A DNA stretch of 64,000 nucleotides from contig CAWJJT010000009.1 of the NCBI GenBank assembly GCA_963843225.1, positions 62,916-126,915 on the forward strand. The letters run 5' to 3'. Positions 19,687 through 30,102 of this stretch are shown here, in pieces (position 1 is the first letter of the stretch; the number at the start of each line of letters is the position of its first letter). A program made the translations under genes and the position numbers. The stretch comes from an uncultured Alphaproteobacteria bacterium. GTDB lineage: Bacteria; Pseudomonadota; Alphaproteobacteria; Rhizobiales; Xanthobacteraceae. A model generated the notes under the pieces. It was not told the DNA's origin and did no database searches. It worked only from the letters and a program-made list of their open reading frames with translations.

Positions 19687-20883
19687 TCAGCCTATCTTTA
19701 AAACTTCGACGCCGGGCAAGGGTTTCCCCTCCATCCATTCAAGAAACGCGCCGCCCGCGGTCGAGACGTAGCTGAAATCCTGGGCCACCCCGGCCTGGTT
19801 CAGCGCCGCCACCGTGTCGCCGCCGCCGGCGACCGAAATCAGCTTGTGCGCCTTGGTCCGCGCCGCCGCGTGCTTCGCCGCCGCCACGGTGCCGCGGTCG
19901 AACGGCGTCATCTCGAAGGCGCCGAGCGGGCCGTTCCAGACCAGCGTCGCGGCGTCGTCGATCGCGGCATGGATCCGCGCGATCGAGCGCGGGCCGACGT
20001 CGAGGATCATGCCCTCGGGCGGGATCGCATCGAGGCCGTAGGCGTGCGACGGCGCGTTGGCCGCGAATTGAAAGGCGACCACGGCGTCGACCGGCAGGAT
20101 GATGGCGCAATTGGCGGCTTCCGCCTTCTCGACGATCCGCAACGCGGTCGCCGCCAGATCCTTCTCCGCCAGCGACTTGCCGATGCCGATGCCCTGCGCG
20201 TGCAGGAACGTGTTGGCCATGCCGCCGCCGATCACCAGCGCATCGACCTTGCGCACCAGATTTTCCAGAAGATCGATCTTGGTCGAAACCTTGGCGCCGC
20301 CGATGATCGCGATCACCGGCTTGGCCGGGTGCTCCAGCGCCTTGCCGAGCGCGTCGAGTTCGGCCTGCATGGTGCGGCCGGCATAGGCCGGCAGGCTGTG
20401 GCCGAGGCCTTCGGTCGAGGCATGCGCGCGATGCGCCGCCGAGAAGGCGTCGTTGACCCAGATGTCGCCGAGCTTGGCCAGCTCGGCGACGAAGGCGGGA
20501 TCGTTCTTTTCTTCCTCTTTGTGGAAGCGGGTGTTTTCGAGACACAGGATGTCGCCGTCCTTCATCGCGGCGACCGCCGTTTGCGCCGATGCGCCGATGC
20601 AGTCGTCGGCGAAGCCGACCGGCTTGCCGATCACCAGCGACAGTTCCGCGGCGACCGGTTTCAGCGACTCCTTGGGGTCGCGCCCCTTGGGCCGGCCGAA
20701 ATGCGCGAGCAGGATGACCTTGCCGCCCTTGGCCGAAATCTCGGTGATGGTGGGCGCGATGCGCTCCAGCCTTGTCGCGTCGGTGACGCGGCCATTTTCC
20801 ATCGGCACGTTGAGATCGACGCGCAGCAGCACGCGCTTGCCCTTCACGTCGACGTCATCGAGGGTGCGGAATGTTTTTGTCAT
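19687..20883 (-). CDS. pgk: Phosphoglycerate kinase
   Basis: [48 protein letters not shown]. Confidence 0.97.
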   Translation of the reverse strand: MTKTFRTLDDVDVKGKRVLLRVDLNVPMENGRVTDATRLERIAPTITEISAKGGKVILLAHFGRPKGRDPKESLKPVAAELSLVIGKPVGFADDCIGASAQTAVAAMKDGDILCLENTRFHKEEEKNDPAFVAELAKLGDIWVNDAFSAAHRAHASTEGLGHSLPAYAGRTMQAELDALGKALEHPAKPVIAIIGGAKVSTKIDLLENLVRKVDALVIGGGMANTFLHAQGIGIGKSLAEKDLAATALRIVEKAEAANCAIILPVDAVVAFQFAANAPSHAYGLDAIPPEGMILDVGPRSIARIHAAIDDAATLVWNGPLGAFEMTPFDRGTVAAAKHAAARTKAHKLISVAGGGDTVAALNQAGVAQDFSYVSTAGGAFLEWMEGKPLPGVEVLKIG

Positions 20884-20897
20884 GCGACGTCTTTCCG

Positions 20898-20984
20898 CGT
20901 CATGGCCGGGCTTGCGCCGGCCATCCACGTGCTTTAGTGCAAAGGGGAAGACGTGGATGCCCGGCGCAAGCGCCGGGCATGACG
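20898..20984. repeat. REP/RIME-like intergenic palindromic element
   Basis: CGTCATGGCCGGGCTTGCGCCGGCCATCCACGT ... ACGTGGATGCCCGGCGCAAGCGCCGGGCATGACG; two inverted hairpin units; related copies at 25533 and 44389. Confidence 0.8.
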
Positions 20985-20996
20985 GTCGGATTATTC

Positions 20997-22004
20997 CTAG
21001 AGCAGCTTCCCCATCGCCACGGCGGTGTCCGCCATGCGGTTCGAAAAGCCCCATTCATTGTCGTACCAGGCCATCACCCGCACCAGCGTGCCGTTCTGCA
21101 CCTTGGTCTGGTCCATGTGGAAGGTGGCGGAATGCGGATCGTGGTTGAAGTCGATCGAGACGTTGGGAGCATTCGTGTAGCCCAGGACGCCCTTGAGCTG
21201 CTGCTCGGCGGCGCGCTTCATCGCCTCGTTGATTTCTTCCTTGGTGGTCTTGCGGTTGGCGACGATCTTGAGATCGATCACCGAGACGTTCGGCGTCGGC
21301 ACGCGGATCGAGACGCCGTCGAGCTTGCCCATCAGTTCCGGAAGCACCAGCCCGATCGCCTTGGCGGCGCCGGTGGAAGTCGGGATCATCGACATCGCCG
21401 CCGCGCGGCCGCGATAGAGATCCTTGTGCAGGGTGTCGAGCGTCGGCTGGTCGCCGGTATAGGCGTGGATCGTGGTCATGAAGCCGGTCTCGATGCCGAC
21501 CGTGTCGTTCAGAACTTTCGCGACCGGCGCGAGGCAGTTGGTCGTGCAGGATCCGTTCGAGACGACGAGATGATCTTTCGTGAGCTTGTCGTGGTTGACG
21601 CCGTAGACGATGGTCGCATCGGCGTTGTCGGCGGGCGCCGACACCAGCACGCGCTTGGCGCCGGCGGTCAGATGGGCGGAGGCCTTGTCCTTGGCGGTGA
21701 AGATGCCGGTGCATTCGAGCGCGATGTCGACGCCGAGCTCCTTCCACGGCAGCTTGGACGGATCGCGTTCGGCGGACACCTTGATCTTGCCGTTGCCGAG
21801 GCTGATCGAGTCGCCATCGACGGTCACGGTGCCGGGAAAGCGGCCATGGACGGAATCGAAGCGCAGCAGGTGAGCATTGGTTTCGACCGGTCCGAGGTCG
21901 TTGATGCCGACCACTTCGATGTCCTTGCGGCCGGACTCGGCGATGGCGCGGAGTACATTGCGGCCGATGCGGCCAAATCCGTTGATTGCGACCCGGACTG
22001 CCAT
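20997..22004 (-). CDS. gap: Type I glyceraldehyde-3-phosphate dehydrogenase
   Basis: [36 protein letters not shown]. Confidence 0.98.
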   Translation of the reverse strand: MAVRVAINGFGRIGRNVLRAIAESGRKDIEVVGINDLGPVETNAHLLRFDSVHGRFPGTVTVDGDSISLGNGKIKVSAERDPSKLPWKELGVDIALECTGIFTAKDKASAHLTAGAKRVLVSAPADNADATIVYGVNHDKLTKDHLVVSNGSCTTNCLAPVAKVLNDTVGIETGFMTTIHAYTGDQPTLDTLHKDLYRGRAAAMSMIPTSTGAAKAIGLVLPELMGKLDGVSIRVPTPNVSVIDLKIVANRKTTKEEINEAMKRAAEQQLKGVLGYTNAPNVSIDFNHDPHSATFHMDQTKVQNGTLVRVMAWYDNEWGFSNRMADTAVAMGKLL

Positions 22005-22139
22005 TCAACTTCTCCTTAAAGGTTCAAAAATCCGCCGTTTTGCAGGCGGTTTGCCTGTTTCTGTGCCGTTCCCGGGCTATTTCATGCCCTGAATGAATGA
22101 TCGTTGCAATGCATCATATTGCCGATCGTGCCGATAGGG

Positions 22140-24135
22140 TTACTTGCCGCCCAGGCGCTTTGACGCAGCCTCGACCACGGCCTCGGCCGTGATCCCGAAA
22201 TGCTTGTACAGCGCCTTCGCCGGCGCGCTGGCGCCGAACGAGTGCATGCCGATGAAGTCGCCGTCCGGGCCGATCACGGCGTCCCAGCCGAAGCGGACCG
22301 CGGCCTCGATCGCGATCTTGACCGGGGCCTGGCCGATGATCGCCTTGCGGCGGTCCGCCGGCTGCGCCAGCAACAGTTCGAGCGAGGGCACCGACACCAC
22401 CCGCGTCGCGATGCCGCGGCCGGCCAATTCCTTCTGGGCGGCGACGGCGATTTCGACCTCCGAGCCCGACGCGTACAGCGAAACCTTGGCCTCGCCCTGC
22501 GCCGCGATCAGTTCATAGCCGCCCTGGCTGCACAGATTGCTCGCGCTGGCTTTGGTGCGCGCCGGCGTGAGGTTCTGCCGCGACAGCGCCAGCACCGTCG
22601 GACCGGTGGTGTTTTCCAGCGCCAGTTGCCAGCATTCGGCGGTCTCGACCGCGTCGGCCGGGCGGAACACCCGCATGTTCGGCATCGCGCGCAGCGCTGC
22701 CAGATGCTCGACCGGCTGATGGGTCGGGCCGTCTTCGCCGAGCCCGATCGAATCATGGGTCATGATGTAGACCACCGGCGTATGCGACAGCGCCGCGATC
22801 CGCATCGCGGCCGCGCGCATAGTCGGTGAAGCACAGGAAGGTGCCGCCGGCCGGCGCGAAGCCGCCATGGGTCGACAGCCCGTTCATGGCCGCCGCCATG
22901 CCCATCTCGCGGATGCCGTAATGGATGTAGCGGCCGCTGTAGTCGCCCGGCTGACTGTCCTTGAGGCCCTTGGTGCGGGTGTTGTTGGACGGCGTCAGGT
23001 CGGCCGAGCCGAGCAGCAGTTCCGGCATCGATCGGCACCAGCACCTCGAGCACCATTTCGCTGGCCTTGCGGGTGGCGACCGTCGGCGGCTCGGCGACGA
23101 GTTTTTCCTTGAGCTTGCGGATCGCCTCGTCGAGCGCTGTCGGGCGCTTGCGCTCGATCACCCGGCGCATGAATTCGCTGCGCACGGCTTCCGGCTTGGC
23201 CTCGAAGCGGCTGAGCCAGTCGGCGTGGGCGCTGGCGCCCTGCTTGCCGACATTGCGCCAGGCCGCCAGCACGTCGTCGGGAATCTCGAACGGACCGTAG
23301 TTCCAGCCCAGCGCCTTCTTGGCGCCGGCGAGTTCTTCGGCGCCGAGCGGCTCGCCATGGGCCTTCGAGGTGCCGGCCTTGTGCGGCGCGCCGAAGCCGA
23401 TCGTGGTCTTGCAGGCGATCAGCGAGGGACGATCGGAGGACTGCGCCGCCGTGATCGCCGCGGCGATCGCCTTCTGGTCCTGGCCGTCGATCCGCACCGC
23501 GTTCCAGCCATGCGCCTTGAAGCGCGCCACCTGGTCGACATTGTCGGTCAGCGTTGATCGGGCCGTCGATGGTGATGCCGTTGTCGTCGTAGAGGAAGAT
23601 CAGCTTGTTGAGCTTGAGGTGGCCGGCGAGCGCCAGCGCCTCATGGCTGACGCCTTCCATCAGATCGCCGTCGGAGCACAGCACATAGGTGTAGTGGTCG
23701 ACGATATCCTCGCCGAATTCCGCCGCCAGCAGCCGCTCGGCCAGCGCCGAGCCGACCGAGAAGGCGACGCCCTGGCCGAGCGGGCCGGTGGTGGTCTCGA
23801 CGCCGGAGGTGATGAAATTCTCCGGATGTCCCGGGGTCTTGGAACCGAGCTGCCGGAAATTCTCGATCTGCTCGATCGTCATGTCCTGCGTTGCCGGTGA
23901 GGTACAGCAGCGCATACAGCAGCATCGAGCCGTGGCCGGCCGAGAGGATGAAGCGGTCGCGGTCGGGCCAGCGCGGATCGGCGGCGTCGAACTTCAGGAA
24001 TTGCGTGAACAGCACGGTGGCGACGTCGGCCGCGCCCATCGGCAGGCCGGGATGGCCGGATTTGGCCTTTTCGACAGCATCCATCGCCAGTGCGCGGATC
24101 GCATTGGCCATACGGGATTGATCGACGCGCGTCAT
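22140..24135 (-). CDS. tkt: Transketolase (about 4 apparent frameshifts)
   Basis: [74 protein letters not shown] spread over consecutive ORFs. Confidence 0.95.
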
Positions 24136-24420
24136 GATGGAAATCCGCCTGAAATGAGCCGCTTGGTGGCGATTCGCCCGCTGGTGAGCGGCCTCGGCAC
24201 GAGCGTTGTGGGCAACGGGAGTGAAGGGCTGGATAGCACCTCGGTTCCGGGAGTCCAAGGCAATGAAACGCGGCTCGGGCCGGAAAAGTTGCTTAGCGGT
24301 GCATAGCTTGCGAGCGGCGTTGCGCTCTCCTTGCTTGTCACGTAAATTTCGTCCTCTAAACGCTTGCCGAACCGGTAATTTTCCGGGTCCCGAGCTTCAA
24401 TCAAAGGTGCGTGTTGACGC

Positions 24421-24742
24421 ATGAGTGATCGCCCCGCGAACGGTTCGGGCAACATCGAGCCTTCATTGGCCGATATCGACGTTGCCACACGGCGGCTGAT
24501 GGCGGCGCTCGAAGCGCTTGAAAGCGCGGTCGAACGGCGGCGCGAGGCCGACCGCGACGAGAACGAACTGGCGAGCCGGATCCAGGCGCTGGGCGCGGAC
24601 CGCTCGCGGCTCGCCGATGAACTCGACGGATCGCTGGTGAAATCGCGCCGGCTGGAACGCGTCAATCGGGAGATCGCCGACCGGCTGGATGCCGCAATCG
24701 GCACCATCCGTTCGGTACTTCATGCCGGAGAGGAACTCATGA
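24421..24742 (+). CDS. DUF4164 family coiled-coil protein
   Basis: ALEALESAVERR...DRSRLADELD...NREIADRLDAAIGTIRSVL; typical position upstream of zapA; stop inferred from ATGA overlap. Confidence 0.75.
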
Positions 24743-25124
24743 GCCACATCAACGTCACCATCAATGGCCGGCAATACCGGATGGCCTGCGAGGAAGGCGA
24801 GGAGGTGCGGCTGTTGAAGCTCGCCGAGAGCCTCGAATCGCGCATCCAGAGCCTGCGCGGCAAGTTCGGCGAGATCGGCGACGCCCGGCTGACCGTGATG
24901 GCGGCGCTGACGGTGTGCGACGAGTTGCTCGACACCGGTGCGCGCGTGCGCAAGCTCGAGGAGGAACTCGAAGTCGCTGCGCGGCGTGCGCGCGGCGGCG
25001 ACCGACCGCACCCGCGCCACCCAGGTCGCGGTGGCCAATGCGCTCAATGCCGCCGCCGAGCGCATCGAACGCACCACGCAGGTGCTCAACCGCACCATCG
25101 GCGGCGGCGTCGCGATCGGGTTGA
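24739..25124 (+). CDS. zapA: Cell division protein ZapA (frameshift near 24975)
   Basis: MSHINVTINGRQYRMACEEGEE...FGEIGDARLTVMAALTVCDEL; C-terminus ANALNAAAERIE in another frame. Confidence 0.88.
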
Positions 25125-25169
25125 CGCACGGCTGGAGCAGGTGCCCGGGCCGAATGGCGATCATCCCGG

Positions 25170-25290
25170 CCTCGCGGTCCGAGACGCGCGACGAGGCGCT
25201 GTTCACCATGAAGGTCTGATACCTCACGTGAGCAGTCAGGGGTATGGGACATCGTCCTGAGGAGGCCTCAAAGCGGCGGTCTCGAAGGGG
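25170..25290. repeat. Degenerate intergenic palindromic repeat (CATCCTGAGGAG...GTCTCGAAGG type)
   Basis: GTCCTGAGGAGGCCTCAAAGCGGCGGTCTCGAAGG with a degenerate inverted partner CGAGACGCGCG...CACCATGAAGG; possible remnant also near 2260. Confidence 0.45.
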
Positions 25291-25364
25291 GCAGCCGCCG
25301 CATCGGAACAATGCACCACCTGTTAACGCTGGCGGTTTCGGGCAACCGTGGTTACATTGGCCGG

Positions 25365-25524
25365 GCGAAGCTGTGTCGCGCGTCAGGAGCCATATATCCC
25401 CGGGGCCTTATCGATCCTTCAGGGAACTGTCCCTGGCCAGGTCCGTGGACTTGGTCACATGGTGCCCACCTACTTTCGTAGGGAACTCCGGGATCGAGCG
25501 CTCCAACGGCCATCGCGGCTTCGC
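25365..25524 (+). ncRNA. ssrS: 6S RNA
   Basis: ~160 nt with complementary ends (GCGAAGC...GCTTCGC), internal CCCCGGGG / CTCCGGG pairing and GGTGCCCACC motif; canonical position between zapA and 5-FTHF cyclo-ligase; T-run follows. Confidence 0.85.
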
Positions 25525-25532
25525 ACTTTTTT

Positions 25533-25691
25533 CGTCATGCCCGGGCGTGGCCGTCTGAAGGACGGCGTCGCTTCCGCCGGCCTCCCGAGCATCGAAGTCT
25601 TTGGTCTGGGAATGATTTGAAGTCGTGGATGGCCGGGACAAAGGCGAGCGGAAGCGACGCCGTCCTTTAGACGGCTATGCCGGTCACGACG
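25533..25691. repeat. REP/RIME-like element with extended 28-bp inverted repeat
   Basis: CGTCATGCCCGG...GTGGATGGCCGGGACAA...CACGACG; 25550-25577 pairs with 25648-25675 (27/28 Watson-Crick, one G-U). Confidence 0.75.
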
Positions 25692-25698
25692 GTGATAG

Positions 25699-26277
25699 AT
25701 GTTGGACCCTCCATCGAAGGCTGAACTCCGCGCCGCTGCGCTCGCCGCGCGCGACGCGTTGAGCGAGAAGCAGCGCGCGGCGGCGGCGCAGGCGATTGCA
25801 AAACGCGGCTTGCCGGTTGCAATGGCGACCGGCGCGGTCGTCGCAGGCTACTCTCCGATCCGCAACGAACTCGACCCGGCCCCGCTGATGCAGGCGCTCG
25901 CCGCGCGCGGCGCCCGGCTGGCGCTGCCGGTCATCACCCAGCGCGGCCAGTCGCTCCGTTTCCGGGTCTGGCATGCCGGCGACAGGTTGATGCCGGGATC
26001 GCTCGGGATCCTCGAACCGTCGCCGGCCGCGGCCGAGATCGTGCCCGACATCGTGCTGGTGCCGCTGGCGGCCTTCGACCAGGCCGGCCACCGCATCGGC
26101 TACGGCGCCGGCCATTACGACCGCACGCTGGCAGCCTTGCACAAATCGAGGGGGTTTGCGGCGATCGGGCTGGCCTTCGCGGCGCAGGAAGTCGCAAGCG
26201 TACCGGCACTACAGCACGACGTGCCGCTCGATTATGTGCTAACGGAAAAGAAAGTGTTCGATTTCCGGAGTACATGA
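25699..26277 (+). CDS. 5-formyltetrahydrofolate cyclo-ligase
   Basis: SKAELR, GYSPIRNE, ILEP, PDIVLVPLAAFDQAGHRIGYGAGHYDRTL, HDVPLDYVLTE. Confidence 0.95.
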   Translation: MLDPPSKAELRAAALAARDALSEKQRAAAAQAIAKRGLPVAMATGAVVAGYSPIRNELDPAPLMQALAARGARLALPVITQRGQSLRFRVWHAGDRLMPGSLGILEPSPAAAEIVPDIVLVPLAAFDQAGHRIGYGAGHYDRTLAALHKSRGFAAIGLAFAAQEVASVPALQHDVPLDYVLTEKKVFDFRST

Positions 26278-26278
26278 G

Positions 26279-27103
26279 TTGCGCATTCTTTTCGTAGGCG
26301 ACGTCGTCGGCAAGGCCGGACGCACGGCTATCTCCGACTACCTTCCCGGCATGATCCGCGACTGGGCGCTCGATCTCGTCGTCGTCAACGGCGAGAACTC
26401 GGCCGGCGGCTTCGGCATCACCGAGGCGATCTACCAGGAACTGATCGATGCCGGCGCCGACGCCGTCACGCTCGGCAACCATGCCTGGGACCAGCGCGAG
26501 GCGCTGGTGTTCATCGAGCGCGCGCCAAAACTGGTTCGCCCGGCGAATTTTCCGAAGGGCGCGCCGGGCCGCGGCGCGGCGCTGGTCGACACCAAGAACG
26601 GCAAGCGCGCGCTGGTCGTCAACGGCATCGGGCGCGTCTTCATGACGCCGTTCGACGATCCCTTCGCCGTCATCAACCGCGAACTCGAAGCCTGCCCGTT
26701 GCGTGCCGCGGCCGACGCCATCGTGGTCGATTTCCATTGCGAGGCTTCGAGCGAGAAGCAGGGCATCGGGTTCTTCTGCGACGGCCGCGCCTCCCTCGTC
26801 GTCGGCACCCACACCCATGTGCCGACCGCCGATCACCAGATCCTGCCCGGCGGCACCGCCTACATGACCGACGCCGGCATGACCGGCGATTACGATTCGA
26901 TCATCGGCATGCTGAAGGAAGAGCCGCTGCGGCGGTTCACCACGGGCATTCCATCGGGAAGGTTCGAGCCGGCGCTGGGCGTTGCGACGCTCTCCGGCGT
27001 CGCGGTCGAGACCGACGATGCGACCGGCCTCGCGCGCAAGGTCGCGCCGGTGCGGATCGGCGGAAGGCTGGAACCCACGCAGCCGACGTTCTGGACGAAG
27101 TAG
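26279..27103 (+). CDS. TIGR00282 / YmdB-like metallophosphoesterase
   Basis: RILFVGDVVG, NGENSAGG, TLGNH, DFHCEASSEK, GTHTHVPTAD, TDAGMTG. Confidence 0.95.
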   Translation: MRILFVGDVVGKAGRTAISDYLPGMIRDWALDLVVVNGENSAGGFGITEAIYQELIDAGADAVTLGNHAWDQREALVFIERAPKLVRPANFPKGAPGRGAALVDTKNGKRALVVNGIGRVFMTPFDDPFAVINRELEACPLRAAADAIVVDFHCEASSEKQGIGFFCDGRASLVVGTHTHVPTADHQILPGGTAYMTDAGMTGDYDSIIGMLKEEPLRRFTTGIPSGRFEPALGVATLSGVAVETDDATGLARKVAPVRIGGRLEPTQPTFWTK

Positions 27104-27134
27104 CCGGGCGTCCTCGCCCGGTCGAACGTTTCGA

Positions 27135-27252
27135 TCGATCTGTGCTGCAGACCAATCCGCTCGCGCTTCATTTCATCCAAAGATCGCGTGATGCACTCGG
27201 GCTTGCCGTGAAGCCGACGCGGATCGCTCGCGCCGATGAGGTGATCGAGTAG
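27135..27252 (+). pseudogene. Decayed C-terminal remnant of an ABC substrate-binding protein
   Basis: Reads ...DRSVLQTNPLALHFIQRSRDALGLAVKPTRIARADEVIE*, aligning with the C-terminus of 27814-28806 (SLPVEQPTKFQLVINLQTAKALGLEIPSNLLSLADELIE*). Confidence 0.65.
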
Positions 27253-27387
27253 AAGGCAATGCGCGACGACGCGGATGTCGTCTCGGCAAGCGGTAACGGA
27301 GACGATGTATCTCGGCGTTAACCCATTCGCCGAGCGATCGCGTGCGACGACTAGCGTGTCGTTCGCAGTCGGTGTATACTGTTTACC

Positions 27388-27717
27388 ATGAGTTGGGATG
27401 CGGAAGACGTAACGCTGCTCAAGAAACTCTGGACCGCAGGACAGAGCGCCGCTCAGATCGCGCGCCGTCTCGGCTATAGCCGCAACGCGGTCTGCGCCAA
27501 GCTTACTCGTCTTGAGCTGAAGCGTGGTCACAAGCCGCCAACGGCAAAGCCAAGGATCGTGCCGGTGCCGAAGCGAACGCTGACGTCGCTGGCCGCCTGC
27601 TCGCGCCCGGTCGCAAAGATCGTGTCGCGGAAGCCGATGGTGACGCGGCAGCGCACGGAATTCACCCAGCGCCAGCTTTACGCCATGTTGGCGGAAGCGG
27701 TCAGGAATACGAAATGA
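27388..27717 (+). CDS. GcrA-like protein, N-terminal DNA-binding domain only
   Basis: MSWDAEDVTLLKKLWTAGQSAAQIARRLGYSRNAVCAKLTRL matches the GcrA N-terminus; no Cys-containing C-terminal GcrA domain. Confidence 0.75.
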   Translation: MSWDAEDVTLLKKLWTAGQSAAQIARRLGYSRNAVCAKLTRLELKRGHKPPTAKPRIVPVPKRTLTSLAACSRPVAKIVSRKPMVTRQRTEFTQRQLYAMLAEAVRNTK

Positions 27718-27813
27718 CGGGCTGACGGCGGCGTCGTTGCGCGCTGCCTTCGTCGACCCCTTCTGAAAAGCCGGTTTGCAAGCTAGGATGACCGATCCTC
27801 GGCGGGAGCGGTC

Positions 27814-28806
27814 ATGAGACGGCGGCAATTTATCGGACTTGTCGGCGGCGCAGCCGCTGTGCCGCTCTTGCGGCCGCCGGTGGTTTTCGCGCAGCAGGCG
27901 GGGAAGCCATGCCGGATCGCTTACCTCGCCCTGCTTTCCGGTGAGGACGCCACTTTCGCCAAGCCGCTGTTGCAGCGATTGGAGGAACTCGGCTACCGCG
28001 AAGGCAAGAATATGATCTGGGATTACCGGTCGGCGGAAGGGCACGTCGAACGGCTGCCGCAACTTGCCACGGATATCGTCGGCACCGGTCCGGACGTGCT
28101 GATTACGGGATTTGGAACGTTGGCGCCCAAGGCTGCGATCGCTGCGACCCGCAGCATACCGATCGTTTTCACGTCGGTCGGTGACCCCGTGGGCGCGGGC
28201 CTCGTTGCGAGCCTGGGCCAGCCCGGCGGAAACGCCACCGGCATGAGCGGGCAGGCGAGCGACATCGCCGCCAAGAAATTGCAATTGCTTGACGACCTCA
28301 TCCCCGGGAAAAAGCCCGTGGCGGTGCTCGGAAATCCCGACACGCCCTACACCGCGCTGGCGCTGCGGCAGGCCAAGACAGCCGCCACCACGTTGGGGCT
28401 GCCGCTCGTGATCCTCGAAGCAAGAACGGCCGATCAGATTTCGCCGGCAATCGACCAGGCGATCGGTGCCAAGGCGGCCAGCATGCTGTTGCTCGAAGAT
28501 CCCGTGCTGTTGAGCGCCATCCCGCAAACCGTCGAACTCGCGGCCAAAAGCCACCTGCCTGCGATGTACGGACCGAGGGAATATGCCCAGGCCGGCGGAT
28601 TGATTTCGTACGGAACGGACCAGGGTCAGATGAGCCGCAGGGCTGCGGACTATGTCGACAGGATTCTCAAGGGCGCGTCCCCTGCCAGCCTTCCGGTCGA
28701 GCAGCCGACCAAATTCCAGCTCGTCATCAACCTGCAGACCGCGAAGGCGCTGGGTCTGGAGATTCCGTCCAATCTGTTGTCGCTTGCCGATGAACTGATC
28801 GAATAG
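27814..28806 (+). CDS. ABC transporter substrate-binding protein (ABC_sub_bind family), orphan
   Basis: MRRRQFIGLVGG Tat-like leader, TRSIPIVF, DPVGAGLVASLGQPGGNATG, GGLISYG, YVDRILKGA, ADELIE. Confidence 0.9.
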   Translation: MRRRQFIGLVGGAAAVPLLRPPVVFAQQAGKPCRIAYLALLSGEDATFAKPLLQRLEELGYREGKNMIWDYRSAEGHVERLPQLATDIVGTGPDVLITGFGTLAPKAAIAATRSIPIVFTSVGDPVGAGLVASLGQPGGNATGMSGQASDIAAKKLQLLDDLIPGKKPVAVLGNPDTPYTALALRQAKTAATTLGLPLVILEARTADQISPAIDQAIGAKAASMLLLEDPVLLSAIPQTVELAAKSHLPAMYGPREYAQAGGLISYGTDQGQMSRRAADYVDRILKGASPASLPVEQPTKFQLVINLQTAKALGLEIPSNLLSLADELIE

Positions 28807-28899
28807 GGCGCTCTTCCAACGCGGCATCAACGCGAGCCAAGGCCTTGACGATGCAAGCCCCGCCGCCGCAATCCGTTCGCCGCGCGCTGGCCGCTGGTC

Positions 28900-29895
28900 C
28901 TACGGTTTCAGGCTTCGCTGAAGAAACTGCACCGTGTCGGTGATCGATTGGGTGCGCACCGCCGCATCAAATCCCATCCAATAGCCCGGCGCCGCGGCGA
29001 TGCACGCATTGAGGGCGGCCGGGTCGAAGGGTTTTGCCTCGCCGTCGATGAAAAACGCCACTCGCTTCTGCCCCAGCAGGATGAGCGGACATTTTTTCGT
29101 GCTGAGGAAGTCCGGGTAGAAACGCGCGGCGGCGTCGGGAACCGTCCATGCATGGTAGGCGCCCGGATAGATCACGGTTTGGATCGGGGCCGGCGTCCCG
29201 GCAGCGCGCGCATAGGCCAGATAATTTTCGATCCGTGTCACCGGCAGATTGTCGTCTTTCCCGCCCAGCAGCATCAGCACCGGCGCGCCGGTATAGGCGC
29301 CGGGTTCGGCGAACACGCCGAAATTTCCGGCCGGATAGAACGCGACGTGTGCGGCAAACCGGCCCGGTCCGGGATTGAGCGCCGATCGCAGCGCCTCGAA
29401 TGCCGTCAGATGCGCTATCTCGGCGCCGTACGAAAAGCCGATGATGGCAATGCGGTCGGCGTCGATCCGGGGCTCGGCCGCAAGCAGCCGCAGCGCGGCA
29501 TAGGCGTCCGCTACGCCAACCGGCAGATAGGCGGATGATTTCTGCAGCGCTGCGCCCGTGGTGCCGCGCGATGCAAAACTGTCATAGGTCAGCGTGGCAA
29601 AACCTGCCTTGCGCAACTCGGCCGCGACATAACCTTCGTTGACGTCACGATAGCCGGCGATGGTGTGAACGACGATCACGGCGGGATAGCGATCCATGGC
29701 CTGTTCGGGAAAGCCGAGATCGGCCTTGACCGTCACCGCCCCGCCCGTCGCCTCTCGCGCCAGAAGCTGACGCATGTCGCTATAGCCAGAAGATTGAAAC
29801 GTGAGCGCGGTCATGCCGGCTTGAGAGCCCTGGCAGTGCCCGGCCGCTGTACCCCAGACCATCGTCGCCATCAGGGCGCATAACATCTGGTACAT
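28900..29895 (-). CDS. Dienelactone hydrolase-like alpha/beta hydrolase, probably exported
   Basis: Signal-like N-terminus, RIAIIGFSYGA nucleophile, GGKDD, YPGAYHAW. Confidence 0.8.
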   Translation of the reverse strand: MYQMLCALMATMVWGTAAGHCQGSQAGMTALTFQSSGYSDMRQLLAREATGGAVTVKADLGFPEQAMDRYPAVIVVHTIAGYRDVNEGYVAAELRKAGFATLTYDSFASRGTTGAALQKSSAYLPVGVADAYAALRLLAAEPRIDADRIAIIGFSYGAEIAHLTAFEALRSALNPGPGRFAAHVAFYPAGNFGVFAEPGAYTGAPVLMLLGGKDDNLPVTRIENYLAYARAAGTPAPIQTVIYPGAYHAWTVPDAAARFYPDFLSTKKCPLILLGQKRVAFFIDGEAKPFDPAALNACIAAAPGYWMGFDAAVRTQSITDTVQFLQRSLKP

Positions 29896-30102
29896 GGGAA
29901 TCCCCTCCTGACGCGCCCGGCCGCGCCGGCGGCTTCTTGTAGCACCCGAACGCGAGCCAGGGAGCGTGCAATTCTATGCCCCGGCCTCCAGCGGACAGCT
30001 GCGGTTTCACCGAGCCGTATTGATGGTATTGTGAACCGGACAGTCGGCTGACTGCGGGGGCAAAGGGAGATCGAATTTCCACGTAAACAGAGAGGCAGTA
30101 CG

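Noticed and set aside
22140-24135. Programmed frameshifting or true pseudogenization of tkt and other core genes
   Set aside because: No consistent slippery motif, breaks are scattered, and several of the genes are normally essential; sequencing error is the simpler explanation
24421-25260. Apparent DUF4164-ZapA fusion ORF (279 aa)
   Set aside because: The junction has an RBS-like GGAGAGG and an ATGA overlap; removing one base restores two genes, and indels are common in this window
26890-28830. 646-aa minus-strand ORF spanning several genes
   Set aside because: Antisense shadow of the ABC-binding, gcrA-like and ymdB-like genes; low-information composition
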